NCBI GenBank assembly: GCA_965645245.1
Contig: OZ287073.1
Coordinates: 868,001-932,000, forward strand
DNA: 64,000 bases
From: Massalongia carnosa
Taxonomy: Eukaryota
Reading direction: 5' to 3'
Shown here piece by piece: positions 24,591 through 36,362 of this stretch (position 1 is its first letter; each line of letters begins with the position of its first letter). A program made the translations under genes and the position numbers. Below the pieces are notes generated by a model, which saw only the letters and a program-made list of their open reading frames with translations, made no database searches and was not told the DNA's origin.

Positions 24591-25527
24591 ATATATACCC
24601 ATCTATCTAGGAAGTAAATATACTTCCTTCAAACCTCGATCGATCTCCGGGTTCGATCGGGTTCGATCTGGGTTAGTTCCCTAAACAATCCAACATGCGC
24701 GGGTGAGGAGAATGAGTGAGTGAGTACTGAAGAATACTGACTGGGTAGTGAGTGGTTTAGATATGTTATATATTTGTGATATGATGAACATCCCGAATTT
24801 AGGACTAGTACTTAGCGTTCACGTTTGGGAGAGGGAGCGAAATGGCTGTAGAGAAAGTAAAAGAGAGAGCAGAAGAGAGCATCGAGAGAGCATCGAGAGA
24901 GCAGCAGAAGCCTACAGGGAAGAATACAAGAGAACGTACAAAGACAACAGAGAAGTGTAAGTACGTAAAAGGGGCGCAGCACAGTGAGTTGTGTCAAACC
25001 AACGCTTGTCAACACTGCTGCATGACTCAGTCCCTCGCTGTCTAGACCTAGCCCCTCACCAGAGGCCTGTAATTGATCACTTTAATATCCTTTGGCTTCA
25101 CATACGAGAGGTCTTCGGAATTGAAAGCCTGCTGTATCCACCACCTGAGGAGGGATTGGTAAGCGGGCTGGAACTATCGCCCTTCTGTATCGCCAAAGGA
25201 GTGCGCCTAAGGGTATTTGGCGGATTCTTATAAAAAGGAAGAGAGGGCAATGAAACAATATCTCGCAGGAGATGAGCTTTGTCTTGGTAGTCTTTTGAAG
25301 AAAAGGCATGGAAATTGGCAGAGAATAACAGTCTTGGCTCAGCGGAAATGGTCAACTTAGCTCTTCTTAGTTCTACAAGTGACTCAAGCTGACTCCCTAT
25401 TGTAGCAGAAAGTTCAAATGGCGCATCTTGTGACACTGGCGAGTCGATCGTTCCCAATCCTCTTGGACTAGGTAAAGCTAAAGAGCCCTTGAATCGCGAA
25501 TTACAGGGGAGGACCTGATACTTGTGG

Positions 25528-28146
25528 CTAGAGACTTGTAGCCTGCATCTCCCTAGCCACTCTCACTCGTTCCAAATCCTTCATACTGCTCAGCGTTTCG
25601 TGATGCTCTTGCCCCAGAGCCTTGAGATTCCCGTTAACGACCTGAACAAGCAGCACCTCAGCTTCTACATATTTTCCCTGGCCTTCTTCGATCAAGCCCA
25701 AAGACTGCAAGCACCTCAAAGTCTCGCGATTACTAGGGCCAAGAACCTTGAGGCATCCGTTCAAGACGCGACGACATAGCTCAGCAGCGGGCTCATATTG
25801 CCGTTTGCAACACAAGATCTTCCCTAGCGTGTGAGTGCTCATGAGAGTCAGATGGTAATAGCGACCCCTAGTCATCTCCGACCCCGCCATTGCACGTCGG
25901 GCCATCAATTCTGCTTCATCGAGTCGATCCATCAGGCTGAGCAGCAAAGCTAGGTGGTTGACACTTCTCAGCGTCTCGGGATGAGTCGGTCCCAAAAGCC
26001 TCTCACGCCCTACTAAAGATTTGCGTATCCAAATTTCTGATTCATCATATTTCTTCTCATCTCGTAGCACTGCACCTAGATTGTCGGCAATCTTCATGGT
26101 GAGTACATCTGGTAAGGTGTCTCCATCGCCCTCCAGCGCTTTTCGAAACAGCACTTCTGCTTCTGCCAAGCGACTCCATCCATGGACTACCTCCGCTAAG
26201 AGACCTGTATTGTACAACGCTTCCTCGGACTTGGGACCAAAGAGCTTCTCGCTTTCTGCAATTACTTGTCGGAAAACTGGTTCGGCTTGTGCATACTTGT
26301 CTTCGCGGAAGAGGACTTCGCCAAGATTACTCATACTTTTCAACGTATCAGGGCTATCAACCCCCAGAAGCTTTTCGCGAATGGCAACGGCTTCGGTATA
26401 TCGCTTCTCTGCAAGCTCGTATCGACTTTGCTCACTGTCAAACCTAGCCAGATTGTGGAGAATCTTGGCGCGACGGAGTTTACTGACATCCGAAAAGTCC
26501 GGATAGTTGATGGCCATATGAGCATGTGGTGAAAGCATTTCGCATTCCTTCCAATTGTTGAAATCCCCAAGTGGGAATTTTTCCGATAGAACTTCCAGAA
26601 CCTCATCTTGCCATTTACTCCGAGAGTTGCGCAACCATCTCTGTAGAGAAAGTTGGACAAGCCGATGCATTTGAAAGCTGGCTTCTCCCTTCTTGGCCTC
26701 GATGAGGGAGAATGCTTGTAGCGTTCCTAAAGCTGAGACAAAGTCAATAGTACGGACGCTGTTCTTCTTGATCAGGCTTCTTGGTATTCCATTGCGATCC
26801 AGGAAAGCCATAAAAGACAGAATGTCTGCAGCGAGAGGATTTTGCTTGGCGATTTGATCAAACGAAAGCTTCAGAGTGTTCAGAATTGAGCTTCCTGATT
26901 CCGAATATCGCCGGCGGTCTCCTATTTCTTCGCTCAGCAAGTCTTCAACTTCTGACTGGTTTGTGCGGAGGACTTCCAGGTACTCTGATGCCGTGATGTT
27001 GTTTTCCGTCATGAAAGCTGCGGCCTGCGTAATCGCAAGGGGGAGGTTGCCCAAGGCTTCAAGTAGTTCGGAGCCTTCGGTCGTACTGAGGTTTGGTGCT
27101 TGATCGTGGGCTGCCTTTGATCGTAATAAGGAAGCGGCGTCATTGACACTCATCGGCAAAACAATAATCGGGTCTTCTTTGTCCGTTAGCCTGTAGGCTA
27201 CCCTCTTATCTCTTGTTGTTATAATGATGGCACTATCTTCACGCCGTGGCAGGTATTCGTACATCTGCTTCTGCTGGCCAGCCATTGTTGAGGGTCCAAA
27301 AAACAAATCAACGTCGTCAGCATTGTCGAAAACCAAAAGCCATCTTCCGTGTCCGTTGAGCCATTCGGAGACAATTTCAACAGTATTCAGGCTCAAAGCG
27401 TCCCACCCAGCTAAATTGAGCGTCCTTGCGATGTGCTTATACGCTTGGTCAAATCTTGACGCTGTGCTAGCATGAACCCAAAAGACATGCACTAAAGGGT
27501 CCCGCTCACGGTACCTGTAGCAGTACTCGATGGCGATCTGCGTTTTCCCAACCCCGCCGATGCCTGCGAGCGCGGCACTATGACGAGTTTCTAGCATCAT
27601 GTCAAGCTTTGATGTGATTTCAGGGCGATCAATGAATCCAGGGTCTCTTTCAAAAGGTACAGTGAAGACGGGTTCAGGCTCCTTGTAGGAGTCAAGACCT
27701 TTTACGGACCCTGCAATGCTCACAGCTTGGTAGTATGTCAAAATTTGCACATAGCCTCTCAACATATCGATGATAATTTGTGACTTCTTCTCTACAACAA
27801 TTCTTGTGAGGGCCTTGCGACCTTTTTGCCATGACGAGTCTTCGGAGGTCGTCAATACCCTGTTGATCATGTTGTCTAACAACTTGACCTGGTTAGAGCA
27901 GCCATCAATTACTGGCAGTAGCGCCTTTTGAGTGTCAGGGGTGATGGTCCCTAATTCGGCTTGTTCTTTGGTCTTCTCGAGAGTATCGAGGAGAAGAGGC
28001 AGCTCAATCTTGATATCTCGGAATACCTTCGGCACATCGTTGATGCTGGATTTGAAGTCGTTCAACCGCTCAAGCACTCCTGCTCCAAAGCTTATAAATT
28101 GAACAATATTAGAAACTATGCTGACTGCTGCTATCATTTCAACCAT
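25528..28146 (-). CDS. Fungal NLR-like STAND protein: SesA-like N-terminal domain + NB-ARC + TPR repeats (872 aa, intronless)
   Basis: N-terminus AAVSIVSNIVQFISFG..RLNDF..PKVFRDIKIELPLLLDTL (SesA/HeLo-like), VPFERDPGFIDR, Walker A GIGGVGKT, Walker B WLLVFDNADD, LGNLPLAITQAAAF, MHRLVQ, then kinesin-light-chain-type TPRs (LGPTHPETLRSVNHLA). Confidence 0.92.
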   Translation of the reverse strand: MVEMIAAVSIVSNIVQFISFGAGVLERLNDFKSSINDVPKVFRDIKIELPLLLDTLEKTKEQAELGTITPDTQKALLPVIDGCSNQVKLLDNMINRVLTTSEDSSWQKGRKALTRIVVEKKSQIIIDMLRGYVQILTYYQAVSIAGSVKGLDSYKEPEPVFTVPFERDPGFIDRPEITSKLDMMLETRHSAALAGIGGVGKTQIAIEYCYRYRERDPLVHVFWVHASTASRFDQAYKHIARTLNLAGWDALSLNTVEIVSEWLNGHGRWLLVFDNADDVDLFFGPSTMAGQQKQMYEYLPRREDSAIIITTRDKRVAYRLTDKEDPIIVLPMSVNDAASLLRSKAAHDQAPNLSTTEGSELLEALGNLPLAITQAAAFMTENNITASEYLEVLRTNQSEVEDLLSEEIGDRRRYSESGSSILNTLKLSFDQIAKQNPLAADILSFMAFLDRNGIPRSLIKKNSVRTIDFVSALGTLQAFSLIEAKKGEASFQMHRLVQLSLQRWLRNSRSKWQDEVLEVLSEKFPLGDFNNWKECEMLSPHAHMAINYPDFSDVSKLRRAKILHNLARFDSEQSRYELAEKRYTEAVAIREKLLGVDSPDTLKSMSNLGEVLFREDKYAQAEPVFRQVIAESEKLFGPKSEEALYNTGLLAEVVHGWSRLAEAEVLFRKALEGDGDTLPDVLTMKIADNLGAVLRDEKKYDESEIWIRKSLVGRERLLGPTHPETLRSVNHLALLLSLMDRLDEAELMARRAMAGSEMTRGRYYHLTLMSTHTLGKILCCKRQYEPAAELCRRVLNGCLKVLGPSNRETLRCLQSLGLIEEGQGKYVEAEVLLVQVVNGNLKALGQEHHETLSSMKDLERVRVAREMQATSL

Positions 28147-29692
28147 TGTAAGATTTAATCTGTCTTGCGATCAGAAACGCCACTAACTAAGCGGTCCCAA
28201 AGTACCAAACAATGAGGCTAATTTCTGAAGAAGTTGCACGTCAGGAGAGTAGAGTAGTCCAGGTTAGAGAGGTTTTGTCAGGGATTGGTGGTAAGGTGAC
28301 CTTTTGGGGAAAAGTAGACGGAGGAGAAACGAGTGAAATCTGTGGAAATATCTTATCGCTGGGCTTCAAGCCTCTGATCAAATAGGTAAATAGCGATGGG
28401 CGGCTCAATCTCCATTTTCTACTTCATGGGTCTCCTCTAATGGAGTCCTGCCGTCGTTTATTATTTGTTCGTCTCCATCAGCTGAAAACAAGAATAGGTG
28501 TCGGGGAGGCAGCAACATGTGAGAGGGTGTGTCGTTTTAGCTTATGACATCAAGTAAAGTGCCATGCAGTACATCGGCGCCCTATGTATGGTTCATACAG
28601 CAAAAGAACGCATACCAGGAATTGATTTATTATTAATAGGGATCTGCTACGTCACCCCCCCCTTTCAGAGAAAAGAGTTCAGAATTACTAACTTACTTAA
28701 CTCAATCTCCATTAATCGTATCTTTCGAATCTTTGGCCTTCATGCGATTTCATTCTTCCTATCTTCTTCCCATCAGCATGAAGCTGAAGGACCCGTCATT
28801 AGATTTATCTTTTCCTTGTTTCGATTTTCTACGCATTGCACACACACCAAGGGAGACAAGGGGAACGAGTGGTGAAAAAAGGTCATCCTGCAAAACTCCG
28901 GTGATGGTGAAGGGAGTCCTGCGAGAGACATGCTTTCGACGTTTTAGCTAATTCAAATAACAAACTTTGAACGTTCAAATGAAGTTTTATAAACGAGTAA
29001 TAAAATGATGATCAATCTCCCAACAGACATAAGTCACAAAACCCCTCCTGGGGGTCACGAGGGTGTAGTTTTAGCAAGATCCTTTGTATTTAATATACAT
29101 ACACCCCGAACTTATAACGACACTCGTGGACATTGTTGCCTAGCTTCAGCCTTGTATTGTACTACCAAGACTCAATCCCTCATCGGATTGAATTTCCAAG
29201 CCTAAACACACACCATGCATCTATGTCAACGTCGATCTGACTACATGAGGACGCACCGGCATATTCAGGCGTTGAGGTCGAGACGTGAGAGTCGTAGAAC
29301 TTCTCCAGCTTTCAGAAGCGTCCCTTACGATACTCTGTAAAGTTGACGGGAGGCTATCGGCAGTACGATTACGTGAATGGAGATAACGGAGCGGACTTAG
29401 GAGTTTGTATTCCTTCGCCCTTGTACATGTCGATGTCTATCTCATGTTGAACCCTGTAGACTTGTTGGAGAATGAAGCTTGGCTTCTGGGCCGCGTGGTA
29501 TAAATGAAGCTTGTTGAACACATCTCATCTTCCTGTGCAAGCTGTTGCGACTTCTCCAATTCCAAGACGAGCTTGTTTCCATTCTTCGTATAGGTTAACA
29601 TCTTTCATTGCTTTCAGCCAGGGAAACCTACTCGCACTTTCTACTACGACAATCAATTCTCAAGTCTCCGCGACCCTCGAGTCATCTTCATT

Positions 29693-30749
29693 ATGGCCCA
29701 CAAATTTTCCAGCGAGTACCCGCAGGGCTTTAAAAACCAGATCGAGAAAGTTGCCATCGTCGGGGTAGGTCATGGCATTATTGTCCCAGCCTCCGTTTCT
29801 ATAATATAGCATAAACTAATATTTCAGACAGGCTGGCGGCCAAGTCGGTAAATTCATCACTGAAGAGCTGCTCAAAGCGGGAAAGCACAAAATCACGGCA
29901 ATCACCCGTGTAGACAGCACGAACACACTTCCAGCGGGCGTGGAAATCAAGAAGATTGACTACGCCGACCAAGCATCCCTCGTCGAGGCGCTTCAGGGCC
30001 AAGAGGCTCTGATCATCACAATGGGAACCACGGCACCGCCAGAGCAACAAGCGAAGCTCATCGAGGCTGCGTCAGCGGCCAATGTGCCGTGGGTCTTACC
30101 CAACGAGTGGGGCTATGACATTTCCGATCCGGGCCTGTACAAGGATATCCCGATCGGCGAGAAGCATGCCCAATATCGGGAGCACATAGAGAAACTGGGC
30201 AAGAGCTCTTGGGTCGGCGTAACGTGTGGCTTTTGGTATGAGTTCTCCTTAGCCCGCGGGCCTGAAACATACGGCTTCAACTTCAAGAACCGCACCGTCA
30301 CCTTTTTCGACGACGGTAGCACGCACATCAACACCAGCACCTGGATTCAGTGTGGCCGCGCGGTCGCTAAATTACTTGCCTTGAAAGTGTTGCCGGACGA
30401 TGCGAATGATAAAAGCCCTTGTCTGGCACACTACCGGAACAAGTTCATCTATGTCTCATCGTTCAACGTCAGCCAGAGGGACATGCTGGACTCAGTCATG
30501 CGCGTGACTGGCACTACGCCAAACGACTGGAAAATCGAGTATGAGCCCTCCACGAGTCGCTACCAAGCTGGAGTGGAGGCAGTTCAGAAAGGAGACTTTT
30601 CAGGGTTTGTCAAATTGATGTACACGAGGGTCTTCTTTCAGGACGGGAGCGGCAACTTTGAAGCATCCAAGGGCCTGCAAAACGACGTTTTGGGTCTGCC
30701 CAAGGAGGACTTGGACGATCATACAAAGATTGCTATTCAGATGGCCTAG
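29693..30749 (+). CDS. NmrA-family / CipA-like NAD(P)-binding oxidoreductase; 2 exons
   Basis: IEKVAIVG, intron 29765-29831, AGGQVGKFITEELL (Rossmann GxxGxxG), LIEAASAANVPWVLPNEWG, CGFWYEFSL. TATAAA at about 29499. Confidence 0.9.
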
Positions 30750-32063
30750 TAGCATAGCTAGTTATTAATACGTCTCTATCCAGATTAATAGAAGTATTAC
30801 CTACCATCCTCTCTTGATACTCACCCGCGCAAGGACACCAAATCTTGGCCTAGATTGTAACGTCAGTCATGACAACCTGCTCCAACCATGACTAGTTACT
30901 CTCAGATTTCTAGTTGTCTGAAGAAAAATGAAGCATCTCCGCTCAGCTGATGATACATAGATGTGGCTTGACTAATTTGTCAATCATGTTTATAGTTTCG
31001 GTTTTTAGAAGAAGTGAAGCGAAGCATGGATTATTTTTTTTTCTTTCCGGTTGCTCTTGCTCCTCTGTCCGGATGATCAATGCTGGCCAAATGCGTTGAT
31101 ATATAGTTGGTTTCTGACGAACCGCATAGGAACATTAAACCATTCAGTTGACCATGCGTGTTTTCCAATAACCATAAAAAATTTGATCGAATATTATAAA
31201 TGTTAGTCCCATGTACTTTCCTTCCTCTCCCGACCGGATTGAGAGGCGTTCGCGGCGTCGCGGATAACGACTTATCGTCACCAAACCTATACTTAGTAAT
31301 GATACTATTACAACACCTATGATCTTTGCTAAGAAAAATCACCGAAGTGGCTGTATTGATATCAAGCGTGCGTCGATGCAGACAAAGGTTTAATCCGGGC
31401 CGAGAGCAGGTCTTCTATATATCTTTATAACATTCACACATACCTTTCCCCCTTCCCTCTGCTAATGCTCCATCTTCTTACTCTTTTCTTTATCCATCCG
31501 TCCATCTCTACCCTAGCGGCGATCGTGGCATTCATAAAAGGATAGCTTGTTTGGGTATGTAAGATCAGGGTATGAAGTGAATGGACGGATGGACGAATGA
31601 ATAAAGCAGGGAAAGGAGATGGGACGAGAAGGGATGAATTAGAGACGGCTAACTGGTAGATTAGTTGAGAAGGGATTAGAGATATATATGGAAACGTCAA
31701 CGGGCCTAGGTATTTTCGTATTTTTTTATTCCTCCGTTATATTTCTTTTTTTCGGAAGTGCGAGGAGAGCGTGCAACCAAGAAACGAGGGATAGAATGTT
31801 GATTGATGTTTCCTCTAAAAAGATAGATAGAATGCGTCGGTTGGACTTGGGAAAGGAGGGCGATGAAATAGGGAATAAGAATGGAAGGAAGGAACAACGA
31901 AAAAGTAAGTGCCTAGGCTCCAAAATTTAGCTTCATGAGAGCGAAGAGAAGTGGGTGGACGAACTGCGCACGTGCTTTATATACATGTATCCATCCATTC
32001 TCCATTCCATCTTTCCCCTTACCCATCTCTAGAACCCTTGGGCACATGAGTAATGCGTTTACT

Positions 32064-33598
32064 CTACGCCCTTCGAGAATCGTAATACTCGTCCAGTTTC
32101 CGATCGCCATCGTCAGGAATATTATCCCACTTCCAAACGTCGCCCCCACCATCGACGCCGCCCTCGACCTCGTCGATTCGATCGTGCTGATAGACCCCAA
32201 AGTCCTCATCGTCCTCGTCCACCTCGCCCACTTCCTCGACCATGAAGGCCGTCCCAGTTGCCGGCCCATAGCCATAAGGGAACCACTTGGCGGCTTTGCT
32301 CTGCAGAGCCTTCTTCATGCGCTGGCGGTCCCCTGAAGCGAGGACCTGCGGGTAGAGCTTGCGCCATGCCTGCGTGCGAAGCCGGCGGATCCACACACTG
32401 GTTTCGGCGGGGATGTCGGCGAAGTACTTGGCGCTGTCGGCGCCCCAGTCGAGGTGGATGACATAGCAAGGGATGATTTGCGCACGATGGAAGACGATGT
32501 ACTCGTATTGGTTACCAGTGACATGCGAATTGGCGCCTAGGTATAGCGCCGTTTGCTCGCGCCAATTGTCCTCCCAGCGCATGGTGGCACTTATGCCCAT
32601 GACTGTGGCGCAGGCGATCAGTTTGATGCCACCATATTCGGTGGGCTTGGTGGCGCGAGCGCCCCAGCCACTATATGAAAGGGCAAAATCTGCCGACGGG
32701 CTGGAGTAAATGCCTCGGCCATAGGTGCTTCCGCAGCGAACGTCGATTTTCTGGTTGCAAAGAGGAATTGGATCTCCAGGAAGAAGAAAGCCATGACGGA
32801 CAATCGAAGGGACAAGGTGCCTCGCAGTGCCGTGAAATGTAAGATGAGGAGTTACCAGGTGATCCGCCAGAGATTCTTTTTCATCGGCTCGCTTTCGAAC
32901 GGATTGCCGAAGGGGCGCTGGAGTGCTTTGTCTCAACGAGGCGATTGGTGCATCCAACAGCTGCTTACGGATCTCGTTTTATTGATAGAGAAATTCGTCA
33001 TATAGGTCACCACGCATGACATTTTCAAAGTGTAAGATGCGAAATTGCGGCAGAATGCCCTCACATATTTCTTCAGAAGTCTTTCTAAGCAGCGAGTATG
33101 CCAAACCGTGGCCTTGGACAGCGGACAAATCAATCCCTGTGCCTCAAGTTCTCTCTCAACCGAGGAGTTCTCGAGTCTCTCCCTATATGCTGTAAGGTGA
33201 TCCGTGGTTTTCTTCGCAATGTGCAGCACAGCCAGAGCTTGTCAGTGCAGCTCGATTTTCCGTTTCTCGTAGCTATTGGCTGCGTTGTCAACTTATATTA
33301 ATTGTCGTAAATTGATTCTTAACTGATCAACAATAGTTCGCGGCATGGTAAGATTTTTAATCTCATAAGCTACAGGTCCTGCAGGATACGGGTGGCCTGT
33401 TTTAACCGTTACTACGGCTTCGGGGTAAGGGAACTGGAAGCCATTCCGTAATTCGACGTTCCACTGGTCCTCTCTAGGAAGAAGCCCTTCTTCGACTAGT
33501 GCATCAACCTCCTGGTCACGAATGGTAGAGTTGGAAAGTGTGACCCCTGGTTCTGCCAAGCTGTTGAAATTTTGCTCTATTTCACCATGTCCTAGCAT
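32064..33598 (-). pseudogene. RWD-like N-terminus + PARP-type ADP-ribosyltransferase domain; 5' half interrupted, catalytic half open
   Basis: C-terminal ORF has FHGT...RCGSTYGRGIYSS..FALSY...EYIVF (H-Y-E triad). N-terminal ORF has EVDAL..HPYPAGPVAYEI (RWD-like YPxxxP). The linker has in-frame TAA, TGA and TAA codons and a frameshift. Confidence 0.7.
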
Positions 33599-34219
33599 GT
33601 AGCGATTTCAAATTGAAGGCGAGACTGGATACAGCTGGTTTTGAACATCATTTACCTGAGCATATCAAGGAAACGAGAATCCAGTACATTGCATAATGCT
33701 TCGCAGTCTTAGAAAAATCTGTTTAAGAGAATCAACAAGGAGTATAGCGTCAGGAGTTTCTCTATGACTTGTTACAATCGAGGCATCCACAAGATAAAAA
33801 TTTTCTTATCAGTAGGTACCAAAAGCATTCTCAATGAAACTCCTTGAATGCTCTACTAGATATATTCTTTACTTGTTGATAGTTGCTCGTATGCTGGACT
33901 GTTAGAAGGCGAGTCGAACAGTGACGGTTAGGATTTCTAGCGTGTAGGTGTCATACCCGAAAGTACCCCAGGAAAGAGATAACTAGCCTAGCCGAATATG
34001 GGGTAACTAGTGCCAACCCCCAGAAGGGTCACGAGATGGTTGATCAGCTTGAACGTGAAGAACCCCGCTTCTTTTGAGAGCTCCTTTCTCTTCTCTCTTC
34101 CCCGTTGGCCTCGTACCTGATCAGCTTCGAATACTTTAGGCAAACACCAACAAAATATCTTACATCATACACTCCACCTTGCTCTTATCTTCAAAAGTAG
34201 ATAATAAAAAGCGAACATA

Positions 34220-35006
34220 ATGGCCAGCGATACCACAAACCTAATGAAGGTTGACTCGGCCGTCTCGGGCCTGTCATCATCACCCCCTCAAACCGCAGTG
34301 AAAGGCCATCGGAGAGCGAGTTCGAGTGCAGCTGGGGTGTACAACATCAATGACTTGGGTAAGTGGCTCGTCAATATAATTAGTCGCTGTCGGTGGTGCT
34401 GTCTGTCGTATCTGGGCATGAACGCGTGGCTGATAGCTTGACAGAAAAGGAAGGCAAGGAGTTGGAGATAGCTAAAGAGACACAGAAACTGAACTGGTAC
34501 GGCAACCATCATAATGAGCTGTAACAGGACTTCAACCTAGCTTGAAGGTTTCTACCGTCTGCGATAGGTAGTAGAGCTGGATAGACCAATGCTCACTGTG
34601 GGATATAGGAAGCTCAATACATCCCCAGCGACGCTAGATGACAAAGAAGCCCTCAAGAAATTTCTCACCAATCCTCCCGTCAAGAAGATTGACCTGCACT
34701 TCCCTCTGGGCCTTGAAGTCACTGCACGAAATCTGAAAGGAGTAACAATCAAAGATGCTCTGGACGCGATATATAAGCAATTCAAGAAGAAGGTATGCCA
34801 GCCAGCCATGTATTACTCTGTATGAAATAAGAGCTGATGAATGGGATGATTAGGCCGACGATGAGCTAGAACTGCCTGTCCTTGCAGGCTTTGAGTGGGA
34901 TAAGGAAGAGTCATGGACAAGGTTAATCGTGCATCAGAAGAAAGAGGGAGCACCATCGTCTGGCGGAAAGAAGAAGAACAAGAAAGGAGCCAGCGAAGAC
35001 GAATAA
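34220..35006 (+). CDS. Conserved Pezizomycotina hypothetical protein; 4 exons
   Basis: Clean GT-AG splicing gives ..HRRASSSAAGVYNINDL/EKEGKELEIAKETQKLNW/KLNTSPATLDDKEALKKFLTNPPVKKIDLHFPLGLEVTARNLKGVTIKDALDAIYKQFKKK/ADDELELPVLAGFEWDKEESWTRLIVHQKKE..*. Confidence 0.85.
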
Positions 35007-36362
35007 ACCATAACCGTTGGTACTGTTATGCTGGACAAACAAAGCAAAGATTGCGGGAGAAGTGGTTTTAGCTTAGGGTTTTAGTACGATATGAGGGACG
35101 CCATAGGCGTGTGGAGCCTGGTGCAGATATTTGAGCTACAATCAAGACACTCTTTTGCCTCAACCTTTGGCCTGATCTTCCCATAGGCGAACGAAGTCTT
35201 TGATGTAAAAATGATATAATATAAACGAGGATGCTCATCACTTCATGAGATGATAGAGTCAGTCGTGATTTCATCATGACCTTTTGCAAATATGATGCTG
35301 GAATGTGAATTTCCTTGACTCGAAAAAGTAAGAGAGAATTTCTTGTGTGTGAGATATGTTTTCGTTAAAGTACTTTAATCCTAAAATGGAAACGCTAGAG
35401 CCAAAAGGTTAACTATCCGGTTAATCTTCGGTTGATCCCTTTTCGGAGCCTTGATCGAAGTCAGGAGTCAGGAACTTCTGGTAGTTTTCTGGCTGTATGT
35501 TTTGCCCTATTCTTGAATGATAAGTCAAGGACTAGGTGATTGGTCTATGTTAGTTTTCCATGGAGCAGCGTGCTCGCCCGGATTTCTTAATGCGAATCCC
35601 CTATGGTGTTCAAGAGGACCTACTCTCTTAAAATTCCGCTCCCTATCAGGTTTCTTCACTTTGCCCAGCTACCTCCACTACCATCATTAATTGAAGATCT
35701 CTGGAGCCTCTCTGTTTCATGTCATTGTTCTCTAGGATCCTCCGCCTTCTGTTCTTATGCAGGAGCTTCGAATAGCATTGGTAAGGCGATCCAGGCCGAG
35801 AAGACTCGGGACAGTCCCGTCCCCCCAGCGAAAATCATTGCAAATTAGGACTAGCTATAAGCCACCTCCCTATACTAAATATGTGCACGTTCACCGTCTC
35901 TCCGGGCTTCCTCTAGCTTAGCCCCGCATTCTGAAAAATCCTCATCTATTTATTGGAATTTGCCGAGATACCTGAATATTTGCGACCGAGGTTCTTTTGC
36001 CTCCTGCTTACTAATTTCCAGATAGGCAATCATATGCTATATGCGAAAAGCTTCAGATATCGGCACGACTTCGGCAACTACGAGGAGGCAAAGGTATGCA
36101 GCAAGAATGCTACATTTCGGAGGCAATTCAGTTGTTCATGATCACTGAGTGTCTCGGTGTCTCCGGTCAGCAATGAGGTGTATTTTGCCCAGCTGAAAAG
36201 GTTCAAAGGAAGCAGGTTCATGCATTTGATATAGGCCGAGATGGAGGCCCTCAAGCAGTATAAAGAGACGGTGATTCCTCATGTAATTTAGCTATTCAGT
36301 CGTTCAGAATTCAGTTCAGCAGATAGCTAAATTTGAGGTATCTTCACTGGAAATACGGAGTA

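Noticed and set aside
24764..25060. Purine-rich stretch resembling a solo LTR
   Set aside because: Could not define TG..CA ends with a matching TSD, and no second copy in the window.
25098..25457. 119-aa ORF directly downstream of the NLR as a partner effector
   Set aside because: TTG start, different frame, and no recognisable domain or amyloid-like motif.
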